A stretch of DNA of 64,000 nt from Mobula hypostoma (lineage: Eukaryota), in contig NC_086097.1 in the NCBI RefSeq assembly GCF_963921235.1, forward strand, positions 134,232,001-134,296,000, in the 5' to 3' direction. The notes under the pieces are model-generated. The model was not told the origin of the DNA. It saw only the letters and a program-made list of their open reading frames with translations, and did not search any database. Made by a program: the position numbers and the translations under genes. Below are positions 25,311-36,490 of the stretch, in pieces; within the stretch, counting starts at the first letter, position 1; each line of letters starts with the position of its first letter.

Positions 25311-26164
25311 TTTCAATAAATGGAAGTTATTGCTGTTGCCCATGATGCATAATGAAAGCACTGATTGCTATTTTCTTCAATATTTGCTTCCTCAAATATT
25401 ACTAGATTGCCATACTACGTTGTGGCTAATCAGAACATAGCATACCATATATTTGTAGGCATGTGCTTGCAAATGCTCTGCTAACAACACTTGTAGATTA
25501 TCTAGTCTCCACCGCTCCTTATTTTCTAGCCTCTCCGTCTCTCCAATTATAAACTACCAGCAGATTTTCATCAGCCATCTCCATGTCTCCAAATGGCTTT
25601 CCAGTGTCAGTTCTGTCAGGAAATTAACTCATCACATCGTGGCAGCTGCTAATTTTTTCTCCTTTCATGTCAGATGAATTGTCTACCGAAGCTAATAATG
25701 AATCACCAATCCCTGATTAGAAGGTGCTTCAGAAAGGCAAAACTGGCATCTGAGCTTTATTTAAAAAAAATAAAAAAATATTATCCCCAGAGAGTTTAAA
25801 ATGGATTATATTCCCTTCACACGATGAAACAAGGATTGGCTGCTTGAGTGAGCTGTGTTCTATTTTAAATTACAGGCTAATATTACAACCTGCAGTCGAA
25901 TATCTCTCCTTGTCTTTTAGCTACCTGCTCCTGTCAAAGATTAGACGCATCGCAGTTTATTTTTCACTGTTTTTTCAGAACTACTCACCGCTCCTTGTGT
26001 GCACATCCTTTGTTCTCAAACACCTTCTCTTCCTTTTCAGCTCATCACATTTCCAATCCAACATGTTGATTAGACACTGGACTTAAAAAGCAAATGCCTG
26101 CTCAAGCATGGCTATTGTTCGCAAATCAGAAAAGGTAAATAGCTGGGCGTCAATGTCAGAATTC

Positions 26165-27150
26165 AACCCGCATCACGTTGGAATATTGTCTTCAGTTCTG
26201 GTTGCCTCATTTTAGGAAGGATGAGAAAGCTTTAGAGAGGGCACAGAGAAGATTTACTAAGCTGCTGCCTGGACTAGAGGCATGTCTTGTGAGGGTAGGT
26301 TGACTAAGCTAGGGCTTTTCTCTTTGGAGGATAAGAGGTGACTTGTTAGAGATGTACAAGATGGTAAGAGACATAGATTGAATGGATAGCCAGAGACTCT
26401 TCCCAGGGTGGGAATGGTTAATACAAAAGGGCATAATTTAAAGGCGATTGGAGGAAAGTATAGGGGGGGTAGTCATAGACATACTTTATTGAACCCAGGG
26501 GAAATTGGTTTTCATTACAGTTGCATCATAAATAATTAAATAGTAATAAAACCATAAATAGTTAAGTAGTAATATGTAAATTATGCCAGGAAATAAGTCC
26601 AGGACCAGCCTATTGGCTCAGGGTGTCTGACCCTCCAAGGGAGGAGTTGTAAAGTTTGATGGCCACAGGCAGGAATGACTTCCTATGACGCTCTGTGTTG
26701 CATCTCGGTGGAATGAGTCTCTGGCTGAATGTACTCCTGTGCCCACCCAGTACATTATGTAGTGGATGGGAGACATTGTCCAAGATGGCATGCAACTTGG
26801 ACAGCATCCTCTTTTCAGACACCACCATCAGAGAGTCCAGTTCCATCCCCACAACATCACTGGCCTTACGAATGAGTTTGTTGATTCTGTTGGTGTCTGC
26901 TACCCTCAGCCTGCTGCGTTGCACGGTCTTTACACTGAGAGTGGCGGATGCATGGAATGCCTTGCCAAAAATGGTGATTGAGGCAGAGACATTAGAGGCA
27001 TTTAAGAAACTCTTCGTTAGGCACACAAGTGATAGAAAAATTGAGGCCTATGCAGGGGGGGAAGGGTTATATTGATCTTAGATTAAGTTAAAAGCTTGGC
27101 ACAACCCCGTGGACCGAAGTGTCTGTACTGTGCTGTAATATTCTATGTTG
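26165..27150 (+). mobile_element. CR1 3' fragment interrupted by a Rex1-like insert
   Basis: ttggaatattgt..cagttctggt..aggaaggatg..gagagggcacagagaagatttac; resumes at ~26925 with AWNALP..VIEAETL. Confidence 0.8.
26470..26918 (-). mobile_element. Rex1-like LINE 3' end
   Basis: RINKLIRKASDVVG..MLSKLHAILDNVSHPLH..RKSFLPVAIKLYN; tail gtcatagacatactttattg. Confidence 0.85.
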
Positions 27151-27159
27151 TAATTAGAC

Positions 27160-27770
27160 AAGGTGGCGCAGAAGGCATTTTGCACACTGGCATTCATGAC
27201 TCGGGTTTTGAATATAGGAGTTCAGATGCTGTGTTGCAGTTGAACAAGACATTGGTGAAACCACACCTGGGAATATTGTGTACAGCTTTGGTCACCTTAT
27301 TATAGGAAAGATGACAGGGTGCAAAGAAGACTTACAAGTACTGCTAGAGCTTGAGTGTTTGAGTTATAGGGAGAGGCTAGGCAAACTGGAACCTTATACC
27401 TTGGAATATAGGAGACTTGAGGAGTGACCTTATAAAAGTGTATAATCAATCATGAGAGGCAGAGATGAAGTAAATGTAGTCCTTTTTATAGGGAAAGGAA
27501 ACTAAAAACTAGAGGGCATGAGTTTAAGGTGACAGGGAAAGATTTCAAAAGCACCTGAGGGGCAATTCCTTCAGATAGCAGATGGCAAGTACATTACATT
27601 TCTTCTCACAAAGTGTGTAAACATTCAGAATTCTCTTTCCCAGAGGGCTGTGGAGGCTAGATTATTAGATGTGAAGCTAGATAAATTTTGGAAAAGTCAT
27701 GCATACAGAAGAGGGAATGATGACCTGGAGTACATCAGCCATGATTACACTATGGCAGGTAGAGTGGACT
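27160..27770 (+). mobile_element. Degenerate CR1 fragments
   Basis: LQLNKTLVKPHL, aaaactagagggcat..tttaaggtga, ccagagggctgtggaggc. Confidence 0.7.
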
Positions 27771-27824
27771 TCTCCTGCTTGCATTGGCTTGTGTTGTTCT
27801 CATTGTACCTGGCATGCTTCCATT

Positions 27825-28386
27825 ATTTGAGGCCTCCATCAGTCAGATTCAAACATGGATGTTGCGCTCCAGCTCTCTGCATAGGCAAGCCTGGGCAGTT
27901 CAATATGAAGAGCAAGCCCCCCCTCTCCACGCTTCTGATGAACCCAAAGTAACAGCAGAGACCAATCCAGTTTGGTAGCAGCAGCATAGCAAGAGTTTCC
28001 AGTCAGTGTTGAACTCAACGTAGGACTGCCTTAGGGACTCTAGCTCCAGAATTTTCTCTCAGGGTTTACTCACGAAGCCTTCCCCATGAGTGGGTATAGC
28101 CGCAAGGCAGTGGAGGTTTGGGACCAGTTTTCCTTCTCCTAGGTGAGCTGCCAACCTTGGCTGATGAGCCATATCTGCCCAAAGCAACTGGTTTTAAGGC
28201 GCCAGTGACCCACCTTTACCTGTCCTCCTGTCAGTAGAAACAGTTGCACCAGGTAAGCCACATGCGAAGGCCAGGTGCTGGACTTGGATGTCAGAGGCTA
28301 TTTGAGGCGCACATCATTATGAGCATTTAACAGGTAGAAGGAGCCTGTTCCCATCACCATTCCTGGCTATAACAACCTTAAGGGAT
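27825..28386 (-). mobile_element. Non-autonomous retroelement, probably RTE-derived, inserted in a Rex fragment
   Basis: Flanked by 12-bp TSD CATGCTTCCATT (27813-27824) / CATGTTTCCATT (28387-28398); the minus strand carries CTAGGAGAAGGAAAACT, which I associate with RTE 5' UTRs; no ORF. Confidence 0.65.
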
Positions 28387-28915
28387 CATGTTTCCATTGA
28401 CTCTCACCAATTTGTACAGATGCTCCATAGAAAGCATCCTATCCTGATGCTTTGCCTAAGGCTGCAGGAAATTGCAGACATTTTAGACAGTCTATCACAG
28501 AAACCATTTTCCCCTCCATTGTCTCTGTCTACATTTGCTGCTACCCCCAGTAAAGCAGCCAACATGATTTAAGACCCCTTCCATCCCAGACACTCTCTCT
28601 TCTCCCCCTATTCTATAAGGCAGATATACAAAAGATTGAAACATGTACCAGGAGGCTCAAGGATGGTTTCTATCCTATTCTTATCAGACTCTTGACCTCA
28701 TCTTTTGTACAATAAACTCTTGACTTCACATTCTACCTTGTCACAGGCCCTTGCACCTTATTGTCTGACTGTAACACTACATCTTGCATTGTTATTGCTT
28801 TTTCCTTGTACTATCTTAATGCACTTAAGTTTTCAAATGATCTGTATGTAAGCACGTGAAGTTTTTCCACTGTATCTCAGGATATGTGACAATAACAAAC
28901 AACTTACCAATTATA
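28387..28915 (+). mobile_element. Rex/Babar-type LINE 3' fragment
   Basis: ctcaccaatttgtacagatgctccatagaaagcatcct..ttttccactgtatctcagg..gtgacaataacaaac. Confidence 0.75.
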
Positions 28916-30196
28916 CTTCTTCACTCTGAATTATATTTCTACACCACAATGCCAAGGAAGAAACTAAAGGGAAAATGCAACTTCCAACAAAAGAGAAATA
29001 CTGATAATGGCCAAGGGAAAATAGCTTTTTTTTTGTTAATTTGCACATTAATGGTTAATTGTTCCCTTTCCATGTGGAAAGGAAAGTTTGGAAAAGGGAG
29101 CTCCAATAAATGAATTTGGTTTGGAGTTGGTTGATCAATACAGAAAGGATGAACAATAGGCGTACATACACGAAGGGATCGCTGATGAACTATGGGATGA
29201 AAGAGGCAATGAATTCAGATAGCAGATTGCTACCATTCACCCTCCAGAGTACAAGATATTGCCTTTGACCTAAAATGCTTCCATTTATTAACACAACAAG
29301 TTTAGTTGCTGTAAAAGTAATAAGGGTGTCGTAGCTTGCCATTATTTTGGTGCATATTGGGTACCACCTATTGCCAACCACATATGCACAGGTAAATGCA
29401 GAAATTTAAAGGCTCAAGGAGACTTTTTGTTCTTTTGCAATCCTGGCTATAGACTGAAGGCTGAAATGAATGAAACAGCTGAAATTGGAGGACTTGTCCA
29501 CCAGATTTGAACTAGTGGCAGCAGAGTTAGGGTCAATGCATTCAGGCATTCTGTGCTTTGTTAATGGTGAGACAACAACAGTGGTAACTCTCATGCCTTT
29601 AAAAAATGTGACGGAATCTCTTTTCATCACAAGAAAATTAGCGTTGAAATTTCTGGATACAAATCACACAATACAGTAAAACTCTGATGGTCTGTTGTCT
29701 GATTGTTCGGAAAGCCTGATGGTTTGGCACCTGGGTGCTGATGGGCATGTTCCTTGGAAACTCATCTGGTTACGTGTCCCGCATTCCTTGATACACACTG
29801 AGGCTTCATTTCATTGTGCTCTTGAAACTCACTGGATTCAGTTGCTTAAATTCCCTTTAATCGTACCAGGTTTGTTGGAAAATTTATTGAGATATTGTGA
29901 AACCATTTTTAAGTGAATTTAAAGGCTATTGGGAGTACTAAATAGAACAACATCCAGTCATCCAGAAAATCATCCAATTCACCACCACTTGGGTCAGGAG
30001 CAGGGAGTGGAGGAACAAGAGCTATTTTCTTTCTAAGGTCTTTGCAAGGTGAAGAAGATTACTGACAATTCTCCCAGGATGCAAGCCTTCAGTTAGTCTT
30101 TAATGTGCAATAATTTTCTGCAAATGTTTTCTTCTTGCAAATAAGAAGGCAATATTTCTGTCACACCTTTTGCAACCTCAGGATGTCTCAAACACT

Positions 30197-30313
30197 TCTC
30201 GGCCTGAAACGTCGACTGCGCCTCTTCCTATAGATGCTGCTTGGCCTGCTGCATTCACCAGCAACTTTGATGTATGTTGCTTGAATTTCCAGCATCTGCA
30301 GAATTCCTGTTGT
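30197..30313 (+). mobile_element. Young PLE 3' terminal fragment (117 bp)
   Basis: Matches 42459-42575 with only 2 differences, both at CpG sites. Confidence 0.9.
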
Positions 30314-30462
30314 TTGTTGTTTCTGAACTATATTCACATTTGTGGAAAATGTGGCTATCAGAAGTGGTATAAAAATTTCAACAGTTAGTAACAAGAATAT
30401 CTGTTTGAGTGGTGTCAGTTTTAGGATAAATATTGGTTAAAAATATTTTGAGAAGCTCACCT

Positions 30463-30640
30463 AAAATGCTGGAGAAACTCAGCAGGTCAGGTAGCATCTA
30501 TGGAGGGGAATAAACAGTTGACAACTTGAGCCAAGACCCTTCATCAGGACTTCATCTGTTTATTCCCCTTCATAGATGCTGCCTAACCTGCTGAGTTCCT
30601 CCAGCATTTTCCATCTGTTGCTCTGGATTTCTAGAATCCC
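30463..30640. mobile_element. Palindromic PLE-end-derived element
   Basis: Arm 30463-30517 is the reverse complement of arm 30556-30610 (aaaatgctggag..gcatctatggaggggaataaacag / ctgtttattcccc..catagatgctg..ccagcatttt); the spacer holds a decayed hammerhead. Confidence 0.8.
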
Positions 30641-31337
30641 TGGTGTTTATATTTTGAGAAACTCTCTGCTCTACTGTGGGATCTTATGTGGGGTCTGACT
30701 TCAGTTAAAGTCGTATCCATCAGACAGTACTACTAGGAATATTAACCTAGATTTTGTCTGCTGGATTGGACTTGAACCCAACACCAAAGCGGATCATGTT
30801 ATCCACTAAGGAACGGGGTTTGTTCTTGTACTGTCCAGCAAATCATAAGCACTCTGCAAATTCATTGGAGCAGAAGACAATAAGGGGTGATCTTATAGAT
30901 GCGTGTAAAATCATAAGTGGCATAGACATGGCGAATTTATGCAAATCTTTTCTTCAGGATTTGATTTTGATTCTCTCTAGGTGCAGGAAGACATGTTAAG
31001 TGTTTCATTTATATTAGTAATTTGTTGCTTCTACAAGGCATTGGGTGTTCTGAAAGTAACATTGCTATAACATCTTTTGTTTTACATACACTACACATAT
31101 GATGTTCCAATTAACCTTTTATTAAACAAACTTAAATATTCAAACACAACAACAGAATGAAGCGGAAAATCATAAAAAGTGAACCTGAAAATGGAAGTAC
31201 GTGACCAAGCAGGGAAAACCAAGAAGGGAATCCAAAGGGAGGAGGAGATCAAAAGGAAAGAGAAGGGAAGAGCTCCTGCATTGTGATTTGCTGCTGGCAA
31301 GCCTGGAGAGGTGTCAAACTTAGTTGCTTGCATAGGC

Positions 31338-31525
31338 GCAAGAGACAGCTAATGCTGGAATCCGGAGCAAGAAGCAAGCTGCTGGAAGAACTCAGCAGGT
31401 TGAGCAGCATCCATGGGAGAAAAAGAATTTTCAATGTTTCACACTGAAGTACTGACAAATTCTTTTCCTCCCACAGATGCTGATTAACCTGCTGAGTTCA
31501 ATCAGTAGATTGCTCTTGCTTCAGT
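31338..31525. mobile_element. Palindromic PLE-end-derived element (older)
   Basis: gaactcagcaggttgagcagcatccatgggagaaaaagaattt ... aaattcttttcctcccacagatgctgattaacctgctgagttc. Confidence 0.75.
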
Positions 31526-31799
31526 TGCTTTTATATTTCTTTTATTGGGATGACTTGCTGTGGAAATAAGCCAGAAGCAAGCTTAGTCGCCAATGTTGAT
31601 CATTTTAGTTTTCAGTGTAACTCCAACAAGGAGTATTTTTAGTTTGTATCTGGATCAGGATGGAAGCAAGAATTAGCAGCCAAAGAAAATCAAGAAAAAG
31701 ATTTTACAGTTCTGGATATCACAAAGACAGTTTACAACCAGTGTTTACTCTGATCTTTTATATTTGTTGTCTTTTTGTTCCTGCTTTCAAAGTATGCTC

Positions 31800-32070
31800 A
31801 CTGTTGTAGAGCAGGTTAACACAAAATTTAATTTCCAGGTAAGCAAGCTCCTAAAAGCAGCTCTGTCACAATGATCAGGTCACCTATTTTGAGTAAAAAT
31901 GCAAAGGGCAGGGCATTAGCTTCTTTGTTCTTTTTTCCTTGGGATCTTTTATATTTATCTAAATGGACAAATGGGGCCTCACTTCAATGTCCCACCTGAA
32001 AGATAGTCAGACCAGTCCTCCATGAGTAATGTCATTGCAAGAATCCATCTGTATTTCTGTGCATAAGGTT
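31800..32070 (-). mobile_element. DeuSINE-like ancient repeat (related remnants ~30330-30790, ~53680-53830, ~62140-62330)
   Basis: gcaagctcc..aatgatcag..tgggatctttta..ggggcctc..aatgtcccacctgaaaga resembles the reverse complement of the Deu domain as I recall it. Confidence 0.55.
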
Positions 32071-33334
32071 CTTGTGTACAGCCCAGACACATAAAGACTG
32101 TGCGATTTTCATAAAGCAGCTGCTTTGAATGAGTTCAATGTTAACTCCTTGAACGTCAACTTGAGGTACAGCAGCAATCTGGGTAGTCAAAGACATGATG
32201 ATATCTCCAAGGTCAGCTGACCTAGAGATTCAGCTTTGCATGTCAGTTATAAGTAATGCGCTCGTCTGATACAGAAGTTTGCAGCTCTTCTTGTTCTAGC
32301 CATTTATCTTGTTGTTCTTTGGCCTCTGAAATGATCTTTATATTTCCTCTACATGTCTGTTTATAATTATATCCAAACCTCTCATGTGCAAACTCCTAAG
32401 ATCTGGTACATCTTGGCAATAAATGTAAGTGTGGGATACAAGTGTTCAGACTCGGTATTACAGCCAGCATTCCAAAGAGGTGAATCTGCACAGTTTCAGT
32501 ATATTTTGATTAAAAATAGGCAATACATGTGCAGTTACCAACTTCAATGGATAAAGGCTCTAGGAAAATATATTCAAACTGCTTGCATTCGAGCTCCAGG
32601 ATAATGAACAATCGCAATGGCATTACACGACTTGATGGCCATGAGGTGAGTAGTTACAAGTGAAGCAGCAATGTTCCAGCAGCAGTATATAACCCGTGTT
32701 GTTGCTTGGAAGAAAACTCTCTCTATTAAATCAGTGTCCATGTATCCAGGTTTAAGCTGGCATGCTTTCCTCCACTAAACACTCAGAAACTGGATTCCCA
32801 GTTAACATTTGTGCTCCTGTGCGTCATTCTCAGAATGACAAGTGTCATGATATTCAGTGAACAGGACCAGTACTGCAGTTGCAAGGTAAAGTGGACAATA
32901 CAGCTGGTGGTCACTTTATTTCCTTCACTGCTTCACACACTTCTGAATGTTCCTCTTTGCAAAGGATGCAATTAATATTTTTACCACAGAATGAAACACA
33001 AGGACTTTGCAGATGCACAAAATCAAGTAGATCTGAACCTATTAAGTTGTTAAGAATGTATAAAATAATATTTATATGCATTTGACAGATTTAGGAGTGT
33101 ATTGGTTGCTGCTCTGTGTGTAAAACACATCATATAATTATATTGTTATTCACTAATTGTACATTAAAACAGGGCTTATTTTCATAATTGGTAAACATAT
33201 GAATCACTTAAAATACTGGGTTCCAGCCAAGCACCTAATTCTCTTTCTTTAAAAAAGTTTAGTCAATTTTGTTTAATTGCTTGTAGTCTTGAAAATGTAA
33301 GTGGGATCTATGAATTATAGAAATCTTTTTCTTT

Positions 33335-34497
33335 CTCTCTTTAAACAGAATTGTTTATTGGTACAAGCGCTTAACAAACAGAAAAACACAAACTTTTCCT
33401 TTTTTCCGGAGCCATATTAACGATTGTCAAATATAAAAAGCACATATTATCGTATTATCTTGCATCTATTGTACAGATAAACAGGCCACCCGAGCAGTTA
33501 AGCTGCCCCTCTCCCCACCTTCTTAAAAATAAGTACAACAAAAGAAAACAAGCGCCGGGATTGATGCATTCTTCAGAATTTATAAGTTTGGGGAGAAAAA
33601 TCAGTGTTGGAATAACCAAAATAAATAGCTAACTGCATATAGCATTTCACTGTGACTGGGTATGCAATACTTGGTTGAACCTACTTTTCTCCTTGCATCT
33701 TTGACAAAAGCCAAATGCAAAGTTAGGAAAATGCAAGGAATCCCTTCTTAGTTCCTCCACCCATGTCGTTTTGTTTTCTGACTAGGTTTTGCTCAGTTTC
33801 TGCTTTTGCCTTGTAGAAGGAAGGTAATTAAAGAAATATGTGGCTATCAGAGCTTTTGTACTGGAATCCAGAGGCGACTCTTTGGGGCTCAAGTCAAAAA
33901 TAAACACAGATCGACTGAGTCACCCAATTAAATGGTTCATCTCTTGAACCTTTCTTAACTGTGTTTCTTTCTCATCACTTTTGGTCCCCGTTCGTCCACA
34001 TCACTCCCTGAGACTGAGATAATCTCTCACCTTCCCCACCTCCCTCAAGACTAAGACTCTTGTTGAGCACTTGCCAAAGTTCCTCTCTTTCTCTCACCCG
34101 CATGCCTTCAGCTCCTCTCTCTCTCTGTTACCGCTTTCAATCTTTTCCACTTTAAATAACAGCTGAAATAAGCAAACCTGCACAGTAGAAATCATGAAGG
34201 TATATGGCAAAACGCAGGCCAAATCACACACGTTCTCCTGTGCTCCTCTTAGAGGCATTTTGTACCCATAACTTGTGGAGCTGTATCATCACAGACAATG
34301 AATTTTAAAAATTCCTTTGTTCCAGTGAAGTCATTATTATAAGCTAATCCTCGCTGAATCTGAATCTAATGAGATAGTGGGTGCTGCGACCCAATCATTT
34401 TTCCACAGCCAGGTTCTCAATCACTGACATATGCCATACTAGCCACCTTTTGTAATTACGTCTTTCTAATTAACCTTCCTCCCCTACTGACGGCTGG
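33335..34497 (-). other. ZNF407: ZNF407 3' UTR (putative)
   Basis: TE-free sequence between the TGA stop and AATAAA; distal part U/A-rich with several UGUA motifs. Confidence 0.65.
33354..33359 (-). terminator. Polyadenylation signal AATAAA of ZNF407
   Basis: Minus strand reads ..tttgtgtttttctgtttgttaagcgctTGTAccAATAAAcaattc; U-rich tract and UGUA immediately upstream, ~1.14 kb after the stop codon. Confidence 0.7.
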
Positions 34498-35876
34498 TCA
34501 CGCCTCCTGGTTCTCACCTACTTCCATTTCTTGCTCCTCCCCCGCTGGCAATTCTGTCATGACTACTTCTGACCTGCCCTCGGTGTAGCACTCCGTCAAT
34601 GCAATAGTCGTCACTGGGTGACTGAGGGCAGAAACACCCTCTGCCATCAGCTCCATCACACCGTGCGGGTAAAGCTCCGTCACTGTCCTGGAGTCCACAC
34701 TGTTCACCATGCCGTGGGGCAGCTCGGTAACAATAACGTGAGTCGCTTCCTCAGACATATGAGTGGTGGCCTCCTGAACCATGGCTTGGGCGATTTCCTC
34801 CGTGACTATTAACTGCGATATACTGCCGTCGGAGTCTATCAGCTGCACGGGGTGGCCACTGGTGGTTATAGTTTGCTCCTCGCCTTCCTGCATTATGATC
34901 TGGGAGGCCCCCTCCATCACATGAGCAGCTCCTTCTTTGGTCACTATCACCTGTGTGATGCCGTCTTTCACAATGTGGCTTGCAGTCCTTATGTCACACA
35001 TGGTAAACTGTAGGACCTCTTGCACCATGTCACTGAGGGAAGCCTGAGACACAGTCTGTGCCATGGTATCGTTGATGGCTACAGGCTGTTCGACCTCTGA
35101 TGTCACCTCCACAGTCTTCATGGCTTCATCCGCCACTTGCTCCTCGTGGGAGGCCTGAGCATCTGTCCCTAGTGGCTCACTTGGAACTGGGGTGACCTCC
35201 TCAGTGGCAGGTCCAGCTGTGCCAGCTCCCCCCTGGGCGGGTTCGCTGCCTCCCTGCTCGGTCGACCTCACCTCCACCGCACCCAGCTCTGTGATGGCGC
35301 ACAGGAGTGCGTCCAGGGCTGTTGGCATATCTGCAGGCTGCCCTACCGGCTCTTCCTGAGTCACCACATGCTCGATTACGTGACTAGGATCTCCGAGGGT
35401 CTCCATGGTCACGGCAGCTTCCCCAGCCTCCCCTCCTCTAACGGGACTCTCCACCACCACGACCTGGGTAGTGCCCGACGCCAGGTGTTGTGACAGAATC
35501 TGTCCAGGCATCATACCATCGATCTGGCTGGCACTTTGTGCAGTGGCTATAAGCTGGCCGTCCTCTGTGATGTGGACCACCTCTGCCACCTGGGCCATCT
35601 GACCAGCCATGGCCAGGGTCTGGAGAGTTGCTGCTGCTGTGGCTTCCACCGAGGCGTCAATGGGGATAGTTTCCCCATAGCTATCTTGATAGCCTTGGAT
35701 TATGATGACTTGCCCGAGTGGTTCAGCTGTTTCCTGCTGTTGAACGCAACCACTGACCGAATCGCCTGTGACCTCAGTAGAATTCGTGCTTGGAGGCGTG
35801 TTGAATGGAACGGCCGTCTCCACAAACTGTGCCCCTTGTCCTTTCAAACGACACTCATATGCCTTGGAAACTATGC
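34498..35876 (-). CDS. ZNF407: Zinc finger protein 407, terminal coding exon (acidic, low-complexity C-terminal tail)
   Basis: Acceptor tttctttatttctgaaattccAG|GC ATA GTT TCC AAG gives (G)IVSKAYECRLKGQGAQFVET (phase 1). Contains AAATLQTLAMAGQ, VVHITEDGQ, ALDALLCAITELG, VLQF..CD, VKDGITQVIV, ISQLIVTEE..QAMVQE and ends QEA*, all recognisable from the vertebrate ZNF407 C-terminus. The ORF track's start at 35847 is an internal TTG (Leu). Confidence 0.95.
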
Positions 35877-36049
35877 CTGGAATTTCAGAAATAAAGAAAT
35901 ATCAGTTATGCTCAAAGGATCTGAAAAGATAATGTACTTTATCCAATACTGATGTCTCATTGTAATTGATATAGACTTTTTCATATAAGTACCAAAGCAA
36001 TATACAGTACTGACTTATTTAAATCTCTCCATCCACCACCAGCGGACAA

Positions 36050-36490
36050 GAGTGGCGAACGGCTTTCAGCTCAGATAAGTGTGAGGTGTTGCACTTTGGG
36101 AAGTTCAACTAGCGTAGGACTTCCACAGTGAATGGTAGGGCCCTGAAGTACTGTACATAGTCCACTGAAAGTGCTGTCACAGACTGGGTGGAGACGATAC
36201 TTGGCACTTTGGTCTCCATCGGTCAGGGCAACAAATATAGAAATTGGTGTATATGTTGCATTTGTATATTTGGATAAGTACATGGATAGGAATGATTCAG
36301 AGCAGGGGTTCCCAACCTGGCTCCACAGACCCCTCGGATAATGATAAGGCTCCACAGCATAAATAGGTTGGGAACCTCTGGTTTAAAGGGATTATGGGTC
36401 AAACATGGGCAAACAGAACCAGCTGAGGTGGGCATCTTGGTTGGCATGGATGAGTTGGGCTGAAGAATCTTTCTCTCTGCTGTATTATTC
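36050..36490 (+). mobile_element. Degenerate CR1 fragment
   Basis: ataagtgtgaggtgttgcactttgg..; ttggttggcatggatgagttgggctgaag..tgctgtat. Confidence 0.75.
36303..36380. mobile_element. hAT (Charlie-type) MITE, 78 bp
   Basis: TIRs CAGGGGTTCCCAACCT / AGGTTGGGAACCTCTG; decayed 8-bp TSD attcagag / gtttaaag inside CR1. Confidence 0.8.

Noticed and set aside
1..33300. Exons of a neighbouring gene (e.g. PTGR3 or TSHZ1) downstream of ZNF407
   Set aside because: No ORF with recognisable similarity; all longer ORFs are TE-derived.
35536..35952. 138-aa plus-strand ORF (and 34618-34812, 35405-35602)
   Set aside because: Antisense shadows of the ZNF407 exon with no independent support.
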